Assembly: GCA_965216325.1 (NCBI GenBank)
Contig: OZ244160.1
Location: 1,216,001-1,280,000, forward strand
Length of the DNA stretch: 64,000 nucleotides
Direction: 5' to 3'
DNA from: Coraliomargarita sp.
Lineage (GTDB): Bacteria > Verrucomicrobiota > Verrucomicrobiia > Opitutales > Coraliomargaritaceae
Below the pieces are notes generated by a model. The model was given only the letters and a program-made list of their open reading frames with translations, ran no database searches and was not told the origin of the DNA. Both the position numbers and the translations under genes were made by a program. Numbering within the stretch: the stretch's first letter is position 1; every line of letters begins with the position of its first letter. This document shows positions 41,152-52,181 of the stretch, piece after piece.

Positions 41152-41204
41152 CCCAGCAAACCTTACCCGAACTCAAACCCGCGAAAGAGCAGTGTCAGCA
41201 GGCA

Positions 41205-42212
41205 CTAACCACCAATGTATGACATCTCCACCTTGGGTCGCTCTGCTTTCGTGACCGATGAGCGTAGCTCCGAATAACGGTCGTCACGGCGTTGCCAACG
41301 TAAAGCCAGCAAGTTATACAAGCCCTCCTTGGTATATGCCTCTGAACGCAGGTAGGACTTTAAGTCCACGCCCTCGCTCGCAAACAGACAGGTATACAAC
41401 TTCCCGTCCGCAGAAATGCGTGCCCGCGTGCAACCGCCACAAAATGGCTGGGTCACCGAAGTAATCAGCCCAACCTCCGCAGAGCCGTCGGTATAGCGAT
41501 AGCGCTTGGCCACCTCTGTGCTCGAACTGACATCCACCGGTTCCAGTTCAAACTCCTCGCGCAAACGGTTCAAGATCTCAGCCCCACTGACTACACGGTC
41601 CAAGTTCCAACCATTGCAATTGCCCACGTCCATGAACTCAATGAAGCGCAGCGTGATTCCTCGCGCTCTGAAATAGCGCGCCATCGGCAGGATCTCCTCA
41701 TCGTTCATCCCGCGCTCGACAACCATGTTGACCTTTACACCAAGCCCAGCGGCTTGTGCGGCGTCGATGCCAGCAAGCGCCACTTTAGGTCCGATGCCTC
41801 GGCCGTTCATCGCGGCATAAATCTCAGAATCCATCGCATCCACACTGACCGTGACCCGCTTAAGGCCTGCCGCCTTCAACTCATCGACTTTCTCAGCCAA
41901 GCGCAACCCATTGGTCGTAATCGCAATATCCGCGAGTCCTTCAAAACGCGAGAGCCCTTGGATATACTTGAGCAAGCCTGGCCGCAGCAGAGGCTCACCA
42001 CCGGTAAGGCGCACCTTCTTCACCCCCAATTGAACAAAGGCCTCCACCACATCATCCAGCTCCGTGAAACGCAGCCACTCATGCTTGCGCAAGAATTGAT
42101 AATCCGGCCCGAAGATCTCCTTCGGCATGCAATAGGTGCAGCGCAAATTACACCGATCCGTCAAAGAGATCCGTAAATCGGTAAGTCCGCGCTGATGTTG
42201 ATCTGTTAGCAT
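41205..42212 (-). CDS. moaA: GTP 3',8-cyclase
   Basis: LRISLTDRCNLRCTYCM, LTGGEP, FCGGCTRARI...CL, C-terminal MSYIGG. Confidence 0.97.
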   Translation of the reverse strand: MLTDQHQRGLTDLRISLTDRCNLRCTYCMPKEIFGPDYQFLRKHEWLRFTELDDVVEAFVQLGVKKVRLTGGEPLLRPGLLKYIQGLSRFEGLADIAITTNGLRLAEKVDELKAAGLKRVTVSVDAMDSEIYAAMNGRGIGPKVALAGIDAAQAAGLGVKVNMVVERGMNDEEILPMARYFRARGITLRFIEFMDVGNCNGWNLDRVVSGAEILNRLREEFELEPVDVSSSTEVAKRYRYTDGSAEVGLITSVTQPFCGGCTRARISADGKLYTCLFASEGVDLKSYLRSEAYTKEGLYNLLALRWQRRDDRYSELRSSVTKAERPKVEMSYIGG

Positions 42213-42258
42213 TGCCTCTTTAAAAATACATTGATCGACTCTATGCACGACTAATCCG

Positions 42259-43464
42259 ATGAAAGCGCTTATTACCACCGATGAAGCACAGGCCCGTATC
42301 GATGCCTGTCTCCCCAGCTTCCCTGCCATTCACTGCCCGATCACCAAATGCGCAGGACGCATCCTACGCGAGTCAGTTACTGCGGATCGGCCCCTGCCTC
42401 CCTTCAATCGTTCAATGATGGATGGCTATGCCATCCGTGCTGCTGAGGTCGCCCAAGTCGATGCCTTTACCATCACAGCGCAAGCCACCGCAGGCAGCGC
42501 GCCCGTTAAGCTCGGCCCGGAACTGGGCAACTGTGTGGAAATCATGACCGGTGCTGTGATTCCAACAGACGCCGATTGCGTCGTGCCTTACGAAGTCGTC
42601 ACCAAGACCGACGACGGACGCATCCAACTCAATACTCCCAGCGACCACCAAGCAGGCAACTGTATTCACCCACGTGGCAGTGATCACAGTGAAGGCGCCG
42701 AACTGCTAAGACCGGGCTGTGTTCTTGGCAGTCGAGAAATCGCCATCGCGGCGACCTGCGGACGCCATACACTGGATGTCACCAAGATACCCTCGATCAC
42801 GCTCGTCAGCACCGGCGACGAATTGGTCGACATTGACGAAATCCCTGAACCACATCAAATCCGCCGCTCCAACGACATTGCGGTAGAGACCGCCCTCGCT
42901 CGCCATCAAATCAACGCCCGTGATCGCGTCCACCTACCCGACCATCGCGAAACCTCTGAACAGGCACTCAATGAGTGCATCCAACAGAGCAATGTCATCA
43001 TCATAACCGGCGGTGTTTCCATGGGAAAAAAAGACTACATCCCGGAAGTACTGGACGACCTCGGCCTCGTGAACCACTTTCATGGTGTGAAACAAAAACC
43101 CGGCAAACCACTGGGTTTCTGGACCAATTCCCGCTGTATGGTCTTCGCCCTGCCCGGCAACCCACTGTCTGTGCTTGCCAGTTTGCACCGCTATGTCATC
43201 CCGGCACTGTTCAAAGCCATGGGGCAAACAGAGCCCCCCCTCTCAACGACCCTTAAGCTCGACAGCCAAGCCCGCGCCCACGACCAACTCACCTTCTTTC
43301 TGCCCGTCAAACGGCTCGCCAACAATATGGCCAGCCCACAGCCTGTACAAAACTCTGGCGATATGGTGCGCATCCTCGCCAGCGACGGCTTTGTTGAGCT
43401 TCCACCCACACAAGCTCGCAGCTATCCAGCCGGAACAGAGTTTGCCTTTACACCATGGTCTTAA
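42259..43464 (+). CDS. moeA: Molybdopterin molybdenumtransferase
   Basis: PPFNRSMMDGYA, IMTGA, STGDEL, TGGVSMG, KPGKP, LPGNP. Confidence 0.96.
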   Translation: MKALITTDEAQARIDACLPSFPAIHCPITKCAGRILRESVTADRPLPPFNRSMMDGYAIRAAEVAQVDAFTITAQATAGSAPVKLGPELGNCVEIMTGAVIPTDADCVVPYEVVTKTDDGRIQLNTPSDHQAGNCIHPRGSDHSEGAELLRPGCVLGSREIAIAATCGRHTLDVTKIPSITLVSTGDELVDIDEIPEPHQIRRSNDIAVETALARHQINARDRVHLPDHRETSEQALNECIQQSNVIIITGGVSMGKKDYIPEVLDDLGLVNHFHGVKQKPGKPLGFWTNSRCMVFALPGNPLSVLASLHRYVIPALFKAMGQTEPPLSTTLKLDSQARAHDQLTFFLPVKRLANNMASPQPVQNSGDMVRILASDGFVELPPTQARSYPAGTEFAFTPWS

Positions 43465-43479
43465 CTAACCTTAGCACTA

Positions 43480-43953
43480 ATGGACTTTACACACATCGAT
43501 AAAGATCAACGCCCCACAATGGTCGACGTTTCCGAGAAAGGCATCACCGAACGTATCGCGATTGCCGAAAGTAGCGTCTACCTCGGCCAAGACATCATGG
43601 CTGCATTTGAACAGGCAAACTGGGGTTCGAAGAAAGGCCCGATCCTCGATACCGCGATTATTGCCGGCACCATGGCCGCCAAGAAAACCTCCGAACTGAT
43701 CCCGTTCTGTCATCCACTCAACTTAAAATCAGTCAAAATTAAGATCGAACCAGCCGACAAGGAACGCCTACGTATAGAAGCGCGCGTTAAAGTCCTCGAC
43801 CAAACCGGTGTCGAAATGGAAGCACTGACGGCCTCCTCCGTGGCAGCCTTAACCATCTACGACATGTGCAAAGCGGTCTCCAAAGAGATTGTGATCGAAC
43901 ACACGCGCCTAGTCGAAAAGACCGGCGGCAAGAGCGACTTCAAAGCATCCTGA
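43480..43953 (+). CDS. moaC: Cyclic pyranopterin monophosphate synthase
   Basis: MVDVSEK, LIPFCHP, TGVEMEAL, IYDMCKA, KTGGKS. Confidence 0.97.
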   Translation: MDFTHIDKDQRPTMVDVSEKGITERIAIAESSVYLGQDIMAAFEQANWGSKKGPILDTAIIAGTMAAKKTSELIPFCHPLNLKSVKIKIEPADKERLRIEARVKVLDQTGVEMEALTASSVAALTIYDMCKAVSKEIVIEHTRLVEKTGGKSDFKAS

Positions 43954-44540
43954 TGGAAACACCGATGTATGGCCTGCTTCTCGTAGGAGGCAAAAGCCAG
44001 CGTATGGGCAGCGACAAGGCACTGCTTCAATACGGCGGTGAGCAGACGCAACTAGAGCGAGCGACTGAGCTATTAAATACAGTCTGCGCAAAAGTCTTTG
44101 TCTCCCAACGTCACGAACAAGCCTTCCCCACTCCTCAGGACACTGAGGCCATCTATGATTCCATTGAAGGCGTCAAAGGCCCGCTCTGTGGCATACTCTC
44201 GGCCATGCAGGCGCACCCAGAAGCACATTGGCTAGTACTGGCCTGCGATATGCCCAATCTGACTCAGTCGACACTCAAAAAACTCATCGGTGCATTTCAA
44301 AGCGCCCCCCCACAGCTAACCGCTTATTGCAGCGGTCACGACGGACTCCCCGAGCCGCTCTGCGCCATCTATCCATGCGGCAGTAATGTAGAGCTGCTAG
44401 CGCTCGCTGAAGATCTGCGAACTAGTAGTCCACGTAAATTACTGATTGCCCGAAAAGCGCGTTTGCTCACCGCCGCCGACCCACGTAGTTTGGACAACAT
44501 CAACACCGTCGAAGAATTCAAAGCACTCAAACAGAAATAA
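43953..44540 (+). CDS. mobA: Molybdenum cofactor guanylyltransferase
   Basis: LVGGKSQRMGSDKA, GPLCGI, LACDMP, EPLCAIY, NINT. Confidence 0.93.
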   Translation: METPMYGLLLVGGKSQRMGSDKALLQYGGEQTQLERATELLNTVCAKVFVSQRHEQAFPTPQDTEAIYDSIEGVKGPLCGILSAMQAHPEAHWLVLACDMPNLTQSTLKKLIGAFQSAPPQLTAYCSGHDGLPEPLCAIYPCGSNVELLALAEDLRTSSPRKLLIARKARLLTAADPRSLDNINTVEEFKALKQK

Positions 44541-44565
44541 ACAAGCAGCTGCTTGCTCTAGATTC

Positions 44566-44805
44566 ATGACCATTAAAATTCTCTACTTCGCCCAGCTCGC
44601 CGACCTCACCGGCAAAACCGAAGAAACCCGCACACTCAGCGATCCCTCGCCCGCGCAGCTGTATGAAAGCTTGAAAGCCGAGTATCACTTGCCGCACAGC
44701 TTCACACAACTGCAGGTGGCGATCAACCATCAGCTATCGGCCCACGAAACAGAACTCAAAGACGGTGACGAAATCGCTTTTCTGCCGCCGATGACCGGTG
44801 GTTGA
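44566..44805 (+). CDS. moaD: Molybdopterin synthase sulfur carrier
   Basis: MTIKILYFAQL...VAINH...GDEIAFLPPMTGG (C-terminal GG). Confidence 0.95.
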   Translation: MTIKILYFAQLADLTGKTEETRTLSDPSPAQLYESLKAEYHLPHSFTQLQVAINHQLSAHETELKDGDEIAFLPPMTGG

Positions 44806-44841
44806 GTGTGTCCACAATGAAGGGATGCTTCAGAGTAGAAC

Positions 44842-44891
44842 GCTCCTCCCCAGTAAAGGAAAGGTATCTAAGCTTGCTAAGATGGAGGGGT
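44842..44891. repeat. Degenerate CCTCCCC..GGAGG double-hairpin repeat
   Basis: GCTCCTCCCCAGTAAAGGAAAGGT...GATGGAGGGGT, similar to 61893-61942. Confidence 0.5.
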
Positions 44892-44935
44892 CGATCGCAA
44901 TAAGACTAGCCTACGCAACCGCCTCTGCATCCAAT

Positions 44936-46570
44936 TCAGCTCTGAGGGGGAATCCCCTGACCTTCTGACTCGCGCATATACAAATCCTGTGCAGGCAAGG
45001 CGAAGCGAATGCCGGCCTCCTCAAATCCGCGCGCCAGGCTGAGATTAAACCTCTGACAGTAGGCCTTATACATCCAGTAGTCGGCTGGGTGATACCAGAA
45101 AATAATCAATAGCTGAAAGCCTCCCTTGGCGACTTCGCTTAAATACACACGTGGAGGGAAGTTTTTCCGCATACCTTCGTGATCCTTCAACAAGCCTTCA
45201 GCTATCTGAACCGCTTCCTCCAGCTTGCCAGGAACTGTATCAAACGGCAGCGTGACCTTCATCAGACAGCGGATGAAGGGGCGTGAGCCTATGTTTTCGA
45301 CTTCTACACGTGAAATAATATCATTCGGAATTGAGGTTTGGTGCCCATTGAGCAGACGCAATTTAGTCGAGCGAACACCAATTTCTTCAACCACTCCATC
45401 GAAGCCATTCACAACGACGCGTTGCCCAACAATGAAGGGCTTATCGGCAAGAATCATCATACTACCAAACAGGTTCTTCAAGGTGTCCTGTGAGGCCAAT
45501 GCGATCGCCATACCACCAATCCCCAGACCAGCGACCATGGCGGAGATATTCACTCCTGCTTTGTGCAGCAAATAAAACGCTACCGCGGTATACCAAGCCA
45601 CGCGCACCACTGTAAGGAGTGGTCGTAGCAGAACCGCAGCGACTTCCCTGTCCTGCGAACGGTAACGACGCTCCATAAAGATGAATGCGAATTGGAACAA
45701 GCGGGAGACAAACCATGCCTGCGCCCACACGCGTGCAGGCCCCAATTCAACCAATTCACGCAACGCGGCATCCAGCGTCAGCGAAAGAATGAAGTAATTT
45801 TGCAGCAGAAAAGTCAGCGAGACTAACGTCGGCCCATACAAGAGTTTGCGGATCGCAGTGCTGTAGCGCTCGTCCTTAATCCGAATCAGCCGGAAGAGCA
45901 ACGACACGACTGCCCATGATACCAACAAACAACACAATGTCAGCAAGGTGCCGACAAACCAAAGCCACAGCCCCACGCCGAGAAAGCTTTTACCTCCAAA
46001 GAACTCCACGAGTTTCTGCTCCCATGGAGAGTATCCATACACCGCATAGAGCTCAGGTATCCACTCAAGCGTATCGGCAGCAAACAACCATACCTGCGTG
46101 CCATCTCCCAAGTTCACACGCCGCATGAGAATCTCAGCATACGCATCCACCACACGGACGTCCGCCAGCCATTCCAAACTCGGCGGCACACCATCATCCG
46201 ACGAACCTCCCGGCGAGTTGGACAATTCCGGCATACGTGCAAACAAATGGTCCAGGATGATTTTCAAGGCATGAGCCAGTTCCTCAGGCGAAAAACCCTC
46301 CCGCGTCTCAGCAGACATGCCATAAATATCGAGATACTGGGCTGCCACATCGAATCGCCCCGCAGCTGCGTTACGCATAAAATTATTATAGGTCGAACGT
46401 GGTGTCGTGCGGCGTAATTTATCCCGCACATCGAATGGCGAATCTTCCTCCTCCATCGAGCGCACCCTAACATCAACGCTGTCGCCAGAATCGTTTGCAT
46501 GTACGGACAGTTGAAATACTACAAGCGCAGTCAACAGATACAGCCACGGAAGCACGGGGATTCTTCTCAT
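44936..46570 (-). CDS. MscS-family mechanosensitive channel with periplasmic N-domain
   Basis: AGLGIGGMAIALASQDTLKNLFG, DKPFIVG, GVVEEIGVRST, IPN. Confidence 0.93.
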   Translation of the reverse strand: MRRIPVLPWLYLLTALVVFQLSVHANDSGDSVDVRVRSMEEEDSPFDVRDKLRRTTPRSTYNNFMRNAAAGRFDVAAQYLDIYGMSAETREGFSPEELAHALKIILDHLFARMPELSNSPGGSSDDGVPPSLEWLADVRVVDAYAEILMRRVNLGDGTQVWLFAADTLEWIPELYAVYGYSPWEQKLVEFFGGKSFLGVGLWLWFVGTLLTLCCLLVSWAVVSLLFRLIRIKDERYSTAIRKLLYGPTLVSLTFLLQNYFILSLTLDAALRELVELGPARVWAQAWFVSRLFQFAFIFMERRYRSQDREVAAVLLRPLLTVVRVAWYTAVAFYLLHKAGVNISAMVAGLGIGGMAIALASQDTLKNLFGSMMILADKPFIVGQRVVVNGFDGVVEEIGVRSTKLRLLNGHQTSIPNDIISRVEVENIGSRPFIRCLMKVTLPFDTVPGKLEEAVQIAEGLLKDHEGMRKNFPPRVYLSEVAKGGFQLLIIFWYHPADYWMYKAYCQRFNLSLARGFEEAGIRFALPAQDLYMRESEGQGIPPQS

Positions 46571-46738
46571 AGCGATACGAATAAACGCGATTTCGCGCCC
46601 AAGTCACTCATCTTTAATTCAAGAATAGCCCCCCCTAGTCTATTTTAAGAAAAATGATGTCTTCGCTGAAACTTTGTCGAATACCCAACGATGACAACTG
46701 CGAACCCTTCAATAAAATTATACTCAAATACACATACT

Positions 46739-47278
46739 ATGAAAAAGTTATCCAAAACACTCCTCGCCCTTTTCTGCACATGCCTGGTAAGCACCGCCTT
46801 TGCGGGTAACGATGCCGGCGATGACTCCGCCCGTCACTACAAGAGCCAGCCAGAACAGTTCGATGGCCAAAGCGTCGATGTCGACTGCACACACGTAAAA
46901 CGCATCAATGGCGGCCCACAAGTGCCTGGGGTCGCATTCTTTGTCGCCAATACCTTTGATGAGGATAACCAGTCCCATGGCGGTGTCATCGTCGTTGCCG
47001 TCCTCGAAGCCGACGCCAGCTCCTTCGTGAACAAATTCGGCACAGTCCCTGATCGTAAAAAGAATCGTAATAGCACCGAAGACCGTGTCGACACCACCCG
47101 CCTAAAAGGAACCTTTCACCAGTTATCCAAGGGCCATGTCTATATCGATTACTCCGGCGGTGCCCATGAACTCATTCTACAAAAGGTTGAGGATGCACAA
47201 GGAACGATCCGCGCAGGTGATGGCATTCCTAGCGCAGGTAATGGATACGCCCGTCCGAAGCATCACAAGCGCCCCTAA
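46739..47278 (+). CDS. Secreted hypothetical protein
   Basis: Signal peptide MKKLSKTLLALFCTCLVSTAFA; followed by a terminator. Confidence 0.7.
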   Translation: MKKLSKTLLALFCTCLVSTAFAGNDAGDDSARHYKSQPEQFDGQSVDVDCTHVKRINGGPQVPGVAFFVANTFDEDNQSHGGVIVVAVLEADASSFVNKFGTVPDRKKNRNSTEDRVDTTRLKGTFHQLSKGHVYIDYSGGAHELILQKVEDAQGTIRAGDGIPSAGNGYARPKHHKRP

Positions 47279-47299
47279 AGCCGCCTGCTGCTATCGACC

Positions 47300-47374
47300 A
47301 ACGCCCCGAGAGTTTCGACGGGCGTTTTTTTGTGTCCAGCGACAAAAAAGACACCTGCGAAGTGCAGGTGTCTT
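47300..47374. terminator. Pair of opposed terminators
   Basis: AACGCCC...GGGCGTTTTTTT (+ strand) and AAAAAGACACCTGC-gaagt-GCAGGTGTCTTT (- strand). Confidence 0.7.
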
Positions 47375-47396
47375 TGAAAAGAACGGTATCGCTGGC

Positions 47397-47999
47397 TTAC
47401 TTCGACAGGGTGCCCTTGGTGGAGGGCAAAGCATCGCCCATACGCGGATCTACACTAGTCGCCATATCCAGCGCACGGGCAAAGCCCTTGAAGATTGCTT
47501 CAGCAATGTGGTGCGGCTCTTCGCCGTACTCTAGATTGATGTGCAGGTTGCAGGCACAATCATTGGCAAAGGCTTGGAAGAACTCTTTGACCAGTACGAT
47601 ACTGAAGTCGCGCACCATCGGGAACTTGAAATCAACCTTATAAACGAAGGCCTGACGGTTGGAGAGATCTAAGGCGACACGCGCGAGAGACTCATCCATC
47701 GGCAGTAGGAAGAATCCATAGCGACGGATGCCCAGTTTCTCCCCTAAGGCTTGCTTCAAGCATTGCCCAAGCACAATACCGGTATCCTCGACCATGTGGT
47801 GATAATCGACTTCGATATCGCCAATCGCTTTGATCTTCAGATCGAAGAGACCATGTTTGGCAAAGAGCGTCAGCATGTGGTCGAAAAACGGGATGCCGGT
47901 GTCGATTTCGGACACACCAGTGCCGTCGACATTCAGCTCCATTTCGATCTGAGTCTCTTTGGTATTGCGGGTGATCTTTGCTATGCGTTGTTCAGCCAT
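47397..47999 (-). CDS. hisB: Imidazoleglycerol-phosphate dehydratase
   Basis: [44 protein letters not shown]. Confidence 0.98.
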   Translation of the reverse strand: MAEQRIAKITRNTKETQIEMELNVDGTGVSEIDTGIPFFDHMLTLFAKHGLFDLKIKAIGDIEVDYHHMVEDTGIVLGQCLKQALGEKLGIRRYGFFLLPMDESLARVALDLSNRQAFVYKVDFKFPMVRDFSIVLVKEFFQAFANDCACNLHINLEYGEEPHHIAEAIFKGFARALDMATSVDPRMGDALPSTKGTLSK

Positions 48000-49072
48000 G
48001 ATTGGACGGACGTTAAGAAGGCTTCCATTTGAGCATCGGTTCCTATGCTAACGCGGATAAAAGAGCAAGTTAAAGGATGCTTCGGGAAATAGCGTACCAG
48101 AACACGCTCAGCCTTAAGGTGTTCGAATAACGAAGCCGCGACGTCTGCCCCACTCTCACCTGCAGCATTCTTGGGTTCGGTAAACAGCAAATTCGCTGCG
48201 GATGGATAGGTGAACCAATCCAGTCCATCGAGCTGGGCACGCGTTGCCTCACGAGTCGCGATCACCTTCTGGCGTTGCTCCTCAAAATAGGCCTCGTCCT
48301 CAAAAGCCGCCTTCGCCGCAACTTGTGCGACACGATCGAGGTTGTAAGCATCACGCACGCGATCCAGGGTCGCAATGATATCGGCACTGGCTAAGGCGAA
48401 GCCAACACGCATCCCGGCCAGACCATAGGATTTGGAAAAGGTGCGCACGACAATCAGGTTCTCGTAGTCCTTCAACAGTGGGATTGCAGTTTCGCCCCCA
48501 AAATCAACATAGGCCTCATCCACCACGAGTAGCCCGTCAACTGCCTGAAGCACCGCCTCAATTTGCTCTAAGGAAAAGGAGACACCTGTCGGCGCGTTCG
48601 GATTGGTCAGAAAGAACACTTTCGCTTCAGTCGCAGCGATCGCATCGACATCGAGTTGCATCTCACGGTCGAACTCGACATCAATTAAGCCCTGCCCAGA
48701 CATACCGGCTACCACTGGATAGAGCGAGTAACTCGGCACCGTATGCCCGGCTCCGGGCTCCGAAACAAAGCAGCGGGTAATCAGGTCGAGAATATTATCC
48801 GAACCATTGCCAATAATGACGTTCGCCCCGCTCATGCCGAAGCGCTCGCCAATCGTCGAGCGTAGCTCAGCACTCACCGGCTCTGGGTAGAGCCGCAAAT
48901 TATCCACTTGCGCAGCAACAGCTTCAGCAACCTTCGGCGATGGCGGATACGGGTTCTCGTTCGTGTTTAGTTTAACCCACCCCTCTCCTTGTGGCTGATC
49001 GCCGGGCACATAGGCATGTAAGGCCTGGATGTGCGGCAAGGCTTGGGTGAGCGCATCAAATGACTTCTTCAT
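47981..49072 (-). CDS. hisC: Histidinol-phosphate aminotransferase
   Basis: [45 protein letters not shown]. Confidence 0.96.
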   Translation of the reverse strand: MKKSFDALTQALPHIQALHAYVPGDQPQGEGWVKLNTNENPYPPSPKVAEAVAAQVDNLRLYPEPVSAELRSTIGERFGMSGANVIIGNGSDNILDLITRCFVSEPGAGHTVPSYSLYPVVAGMSGQGLIDVEFDREMQLDVDAIAATEAKVFFLTNPNAPTGVSFSLEQIEAVLQAVDGLLVVDEAYVDFGGETAIPLLKDYENLIVVRTFSKSYGLAGMRVGFALASADIIATLDRVRDAYNLDRVAQVAAKAAFEDEAYFEEQRQKVIATREATRAQLDGLDWFTYPSAANLLFTEPKNAAGESGADVAASLFEHLKAERVLVRYFPKHPLTCSFIRVSIGTDAQMEAFLTSVQSWLNNA

Positions 49073-49187
49073 AAATTTATGGTAGGACGTCCGCTGGCGC
49101 TTAATGCGCGAATCTAGATTGAATTATCTGCGTTCTATCCTATGCCTTCTATAAACAATATTTACCTTCACCGATGGAAACCAAAAA

Positions 49188-50216
49188 ATGTTGAATCGAA
49201 CACTTCTTCGATACGCTGCCTGCTCAAGCCTAGTGCTCTGCTCAGTCGCAGGTGCCGACGAGCTGCGGATGAAAAACGGCTCGATACTGATTGGCCGGCT
49301 GGTCAGTGCAGAAAGCGAACTCGTAGTCTTCGATACCCCCTTCGCTGGAAAAATCACGATTTCTCAGGATAACATTGAGCGCATCACCACCGACGATCCC
49401 GTCACCCTACTGATGGATGATGGCACGGTGCATCGTGAGAAGCAGATCATTTCGACCGAAACCGCAATGCTGGTGAAAACCGAGGGTGAAGCTTCAGCGT
49501 TGTTTGCAGCCGATGATATCGAAATGGTAAATCCTGAGCCATGGAAGTTAGGCGAAGGCTATGATTGGACTGGCAAAATCAGCGTCGCTGTCGAATACGA
49601 ACGTGGCAACTCAGACTCCGACGACTGGGACATCAAGGCCAACACCTCCTGGCGAAGCTTAAAGGACCGCTATACCTGGCGAGGAGCCTTTGAATACGAA
49701 GAATCCCGCGGCCAAAAGAAAACCGACAACTGGGACACCCTCTTTAAGTATGATCGTTTCTTCCAATATGGGGGACGTGATTACTGGGGCGGTAAAGTAA
49801 TGGCCGAGCACGATGAGTTTGCTGACCTAGACTTACGGACCATGATCGGCCCACACATTGGACGTGAATTCTGGAAGAGCGACTTGCTCACACTTGAGGC
49901 CGAATTCGGCCCGGTCTGGGTCAGTGAACAATTCATCGAAGCAAACAACGATGACTGGCTCGGCCTGCTTTGGTTTATGGAAGCGAAAAGTAATGTACTC
50001 GGTTTCGGGACAACCACTTATGTGAGCCACGACGGCACCTTGAATACCAGTGACCCTCGCGACACCTTGTTGAATGCAACCATCGGCATCAGCTTCCCTC
50101 TGGTTGGAGGCTTTGAAACCTCGGTTGAAATCGAGCTCGAATACGACGGAGGTGCCGTTGAAGACGTCGACCAATTAGACGAAACTTACAACCTGCGCTT
50201 CGGCTATTCTTGGTAG
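49188..50216 (+). CDS. DUF481-family outer-membrane beta-barrel protein
   Basis: Signal peptide, N-terminal beta domain, ERGNSD, C-terminal FGYSW. Confidence 0.8.
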   Translation: MLNRTLLRYAACSSLVLCSVAGADELRMKNGSILIGRLVSAESELVVFDTPFAGKITISQDNIERITTDDPVTLLMDDGTVHREKQIISTETAMLVKTEGEASALFAADDIEMVNPEPWKLGEGYDWTGKISVAVEYERGNSDSDDWDIKANTSWRSLKDRYTWRGAFEYEESRGQKKTDNWDTLFKYDRFFQYGGRDYWGGKVMAEHDEFADLDLRTMIGPHIGREFWKSDLLTLEAEFGPVWVSEQFIEANNDDWLGLLWFMEAKSNVLGFGTTTYVSHDGTLNTSDPRDTLLNATIGISFPLVGGFETSVEIELEYDGGAVEDVDQLDETYNLRFGYSW

Positions 50217-50266
50217 TTTGTAGAATAGGCGTCCCGCCTGTTTCTTTTTAGGTCAGTATGTAAATT

Positions 50267-50371
50267 GTAGGGGCTCTGCTTGCGGAGCCCGCTTCAGTCG
50301 ATTGGCTTGCACGCTACGGCTTCGCCATTCGGCCTGAGCTCATAGTCGAAGGCAAGCAAAGCCCCTGCTAC
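50267..50371. repeat. REP doublet with nested hairpin
   Basis: GTAGGGGCTCTGCTTGCGGAGCCCGC ... GGCTTCG[CCATTCGGCCTGAGCTCATAGTCGAAGG]CAAGCAAAGCCCCTGCTAC. Confidence 0.65.
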
Positions 50372-50434
50372 GACATGAGTGCGCACCGAGACGGTGCAGC
50401 GCTAACTCAAGGAACCAAATTAAACACCGTCGAG

Positions 50435-51964
50435 TTACACCAACGCTGGCTCGGCAATGCCCAGAAGTGCGTCAGCCTTACCACGAAGTTCGCGGTAAAG
50501 GGCCTCATCTGCAGCCAGACTCTTGCCATAGGCAGGCACCATCTTTGCCAATTCAGTTTGCCATGCTTCGGTCGCCATCTCATCGGAGAAGCACTTTTCA
50601 AGCACTTCAAGAATGATGGATGTCGCAGTCGACGCACCGGGTGACGCACCCAAAATGGCAGCGAGGGAACCATCGCCCGAGGCAACCACCTCGGTGCCGA
50701 ACTGAAGCTTACCTGTGTTATCTGCACACTTTTTGATGATCTGCACACGCTGACCTGCAGTCACGAGCTTCCAGTCTCCATTCTTCGCATCCGGGAAGAA
50801 CTCCTTCAGACTCTCGCAACGATCCTTATGACTCTTGCGGCACTCGTTGATGAGATATTGGGTGAGCGACATGTTATCACGGCCCACTGCGAGCATCGGC
50901 AACAAGTTGTCCAGCTTTACGGACTTAAGCAAATCGAGGTAAGAGCCCTCCTTTAGGAACTTAGGCGAGAAGCCGGCATACGGCCCAAACAGCAGCGCCT
51001 GCTTGCCGTCGATCATACGTGTATCCAAGTGAGGAACCGACATCGGAGGCGCACCCACGGCTGCCTTACCGTAAACCTTAGCTGCATGGCGGTCGATGAC
51101 TTCGTGATCCGTGCAAACCAGGAACTGGCCACTCACTGGGAAGCCACCAAAGCCTTTGCCCTCTTCAATACCGGACTTCTGCAAGAGGTGAAGGGAGCCA
51201 CCACCCGCGCCGATGAATGCGAACTTCGCGCGCAGCTTCACTTCGCCCTCATCTTTGCTGTTCAGGATTAAGCGCCACTTGCCGTCCGTCTTGCGATCGA
51301 TCTCAGTGACCTTGGTCTGCATCGCGAGCTCCACACCATCCATGCTGATCAGGTGATCAATCAACTGCTGGGTAAGCGCACCGAAATTCAAATCCGTGCC
51401 AGACTCCACACGAGTCACCGCGATCGGCTCATCTTCAGAGCGACCGTCACACAGCAACGGTGTCCATTCCTTGATGGTCGCATAATCCTCAGAGTATTCC
51501 ATCTCGTCGAAGAGGTGGCTGCGCTTCATCGCCTCGTGGCGCTTACGCAAAAACTCACAATCCTTCTCACCACGCACAAAGCTCATGTGTGGCACACGCT
51601 TGATGAAGGCCGACGGATCTGTGATCATGCCCTCCTCGATTAGCTGTGCCCAGAAATGCTTCGAGTTCTCAAACTGCTCATTGATCTGAATCGCCTTAGC
51701 GACCTCAACCGAGCCGTCCTTCGCCTGAGGCGTGTAGTTCAGCTCACAGAGCGCTGCGTGTCCTGTGCCCGCATTGTTCCAAGCGTGCGAACTCTCGAGT
51801 GCAACACGCGGTAACGCCTCAACGATCTGAATGGTGATCGAAGGGTCGAGACGCTTCAGCATAATGCCAAGCGTGGCACTCATGATGCCACCGCCGATCA
51901 AGACGACGTCTGGATTAGATAGAATCGGGCCCGTGGACGGGCGAGCAGTGCGCTGCTGGCTCAT
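50435..51964 (-). CDS. mqo: Malate:quinone oxidoreductase
   Basis: IGGGIMSATL, WNNAGTGHAALCELNYT, GAPPMSVPHLDTR, AGQRVQIIK, GASPGAST. Confidence 0.97.
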   Translation of the reverse strand: MSQQRTARPSTGPILSNPDVVLIGGGIMSATLGIMLKRLDPSITIQIVEALPRVALESSHAWNNAGTGHAALCELNYTPQAKDGSVEVAKAIQINEQFENSKHFWAQLIEEGMITDPSAFIKRVPHMSFVRGEKDCEFLRKRHEAMKRSHLFDEMEYSEDYATIKEWTPLLCDGRSEDEPIAVTRVESGTDLNFGALTQQLIDHLISMDGVELAMQTKVTEIDRKTDGKWRLILNSKDEGEVKLRAKFAFIGAGGGSLHLLQKSGIEEGKGFGGFPVSGQFLVCTDHEVIDRHAAKVYGKAAVGAPPMSVPHLDTRMIDGKQALLFGPYAGFSPKFLKEGSYLDLLKSVKLDNLLPMLAVGRDNMSLTQYLINECRKSHKDRCESLKEFFPDAKNGDWKLVTAGQRVQIIKKCADNTGKLQFGTEVVASGDGSLAAILGASPGASTATSIILEVLEKCFSDEMATEAWQTELAKMVPAYGKSLAADEALYRELRGKADALLGIAEPALV

Positions 51965-52181
51965 TAGACTTGGTAGGTTGGGTGCTCACGCACCGGGATT
52001 GGCTAGGTTGATGGATTGGTAGTCGTTTTGGCCAAGACCAAAACAAATTCAGATAGGCTCTGAATTATGAAACGCGCCAAACTGCATAAGCCCAACTGAT
52101 GATCAAGCCTAAGCGAACTTTCATAAGAACCACTTAAGCAGGAAATTAGAATAATTCACGACTCAAGTGGTCAAACTCAGC

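Noticed and set aside
42213..42258. Moco riboswitch upstream of moaA/moeA
   Set aside because: The gap is too short for the known Moco RNA motif.
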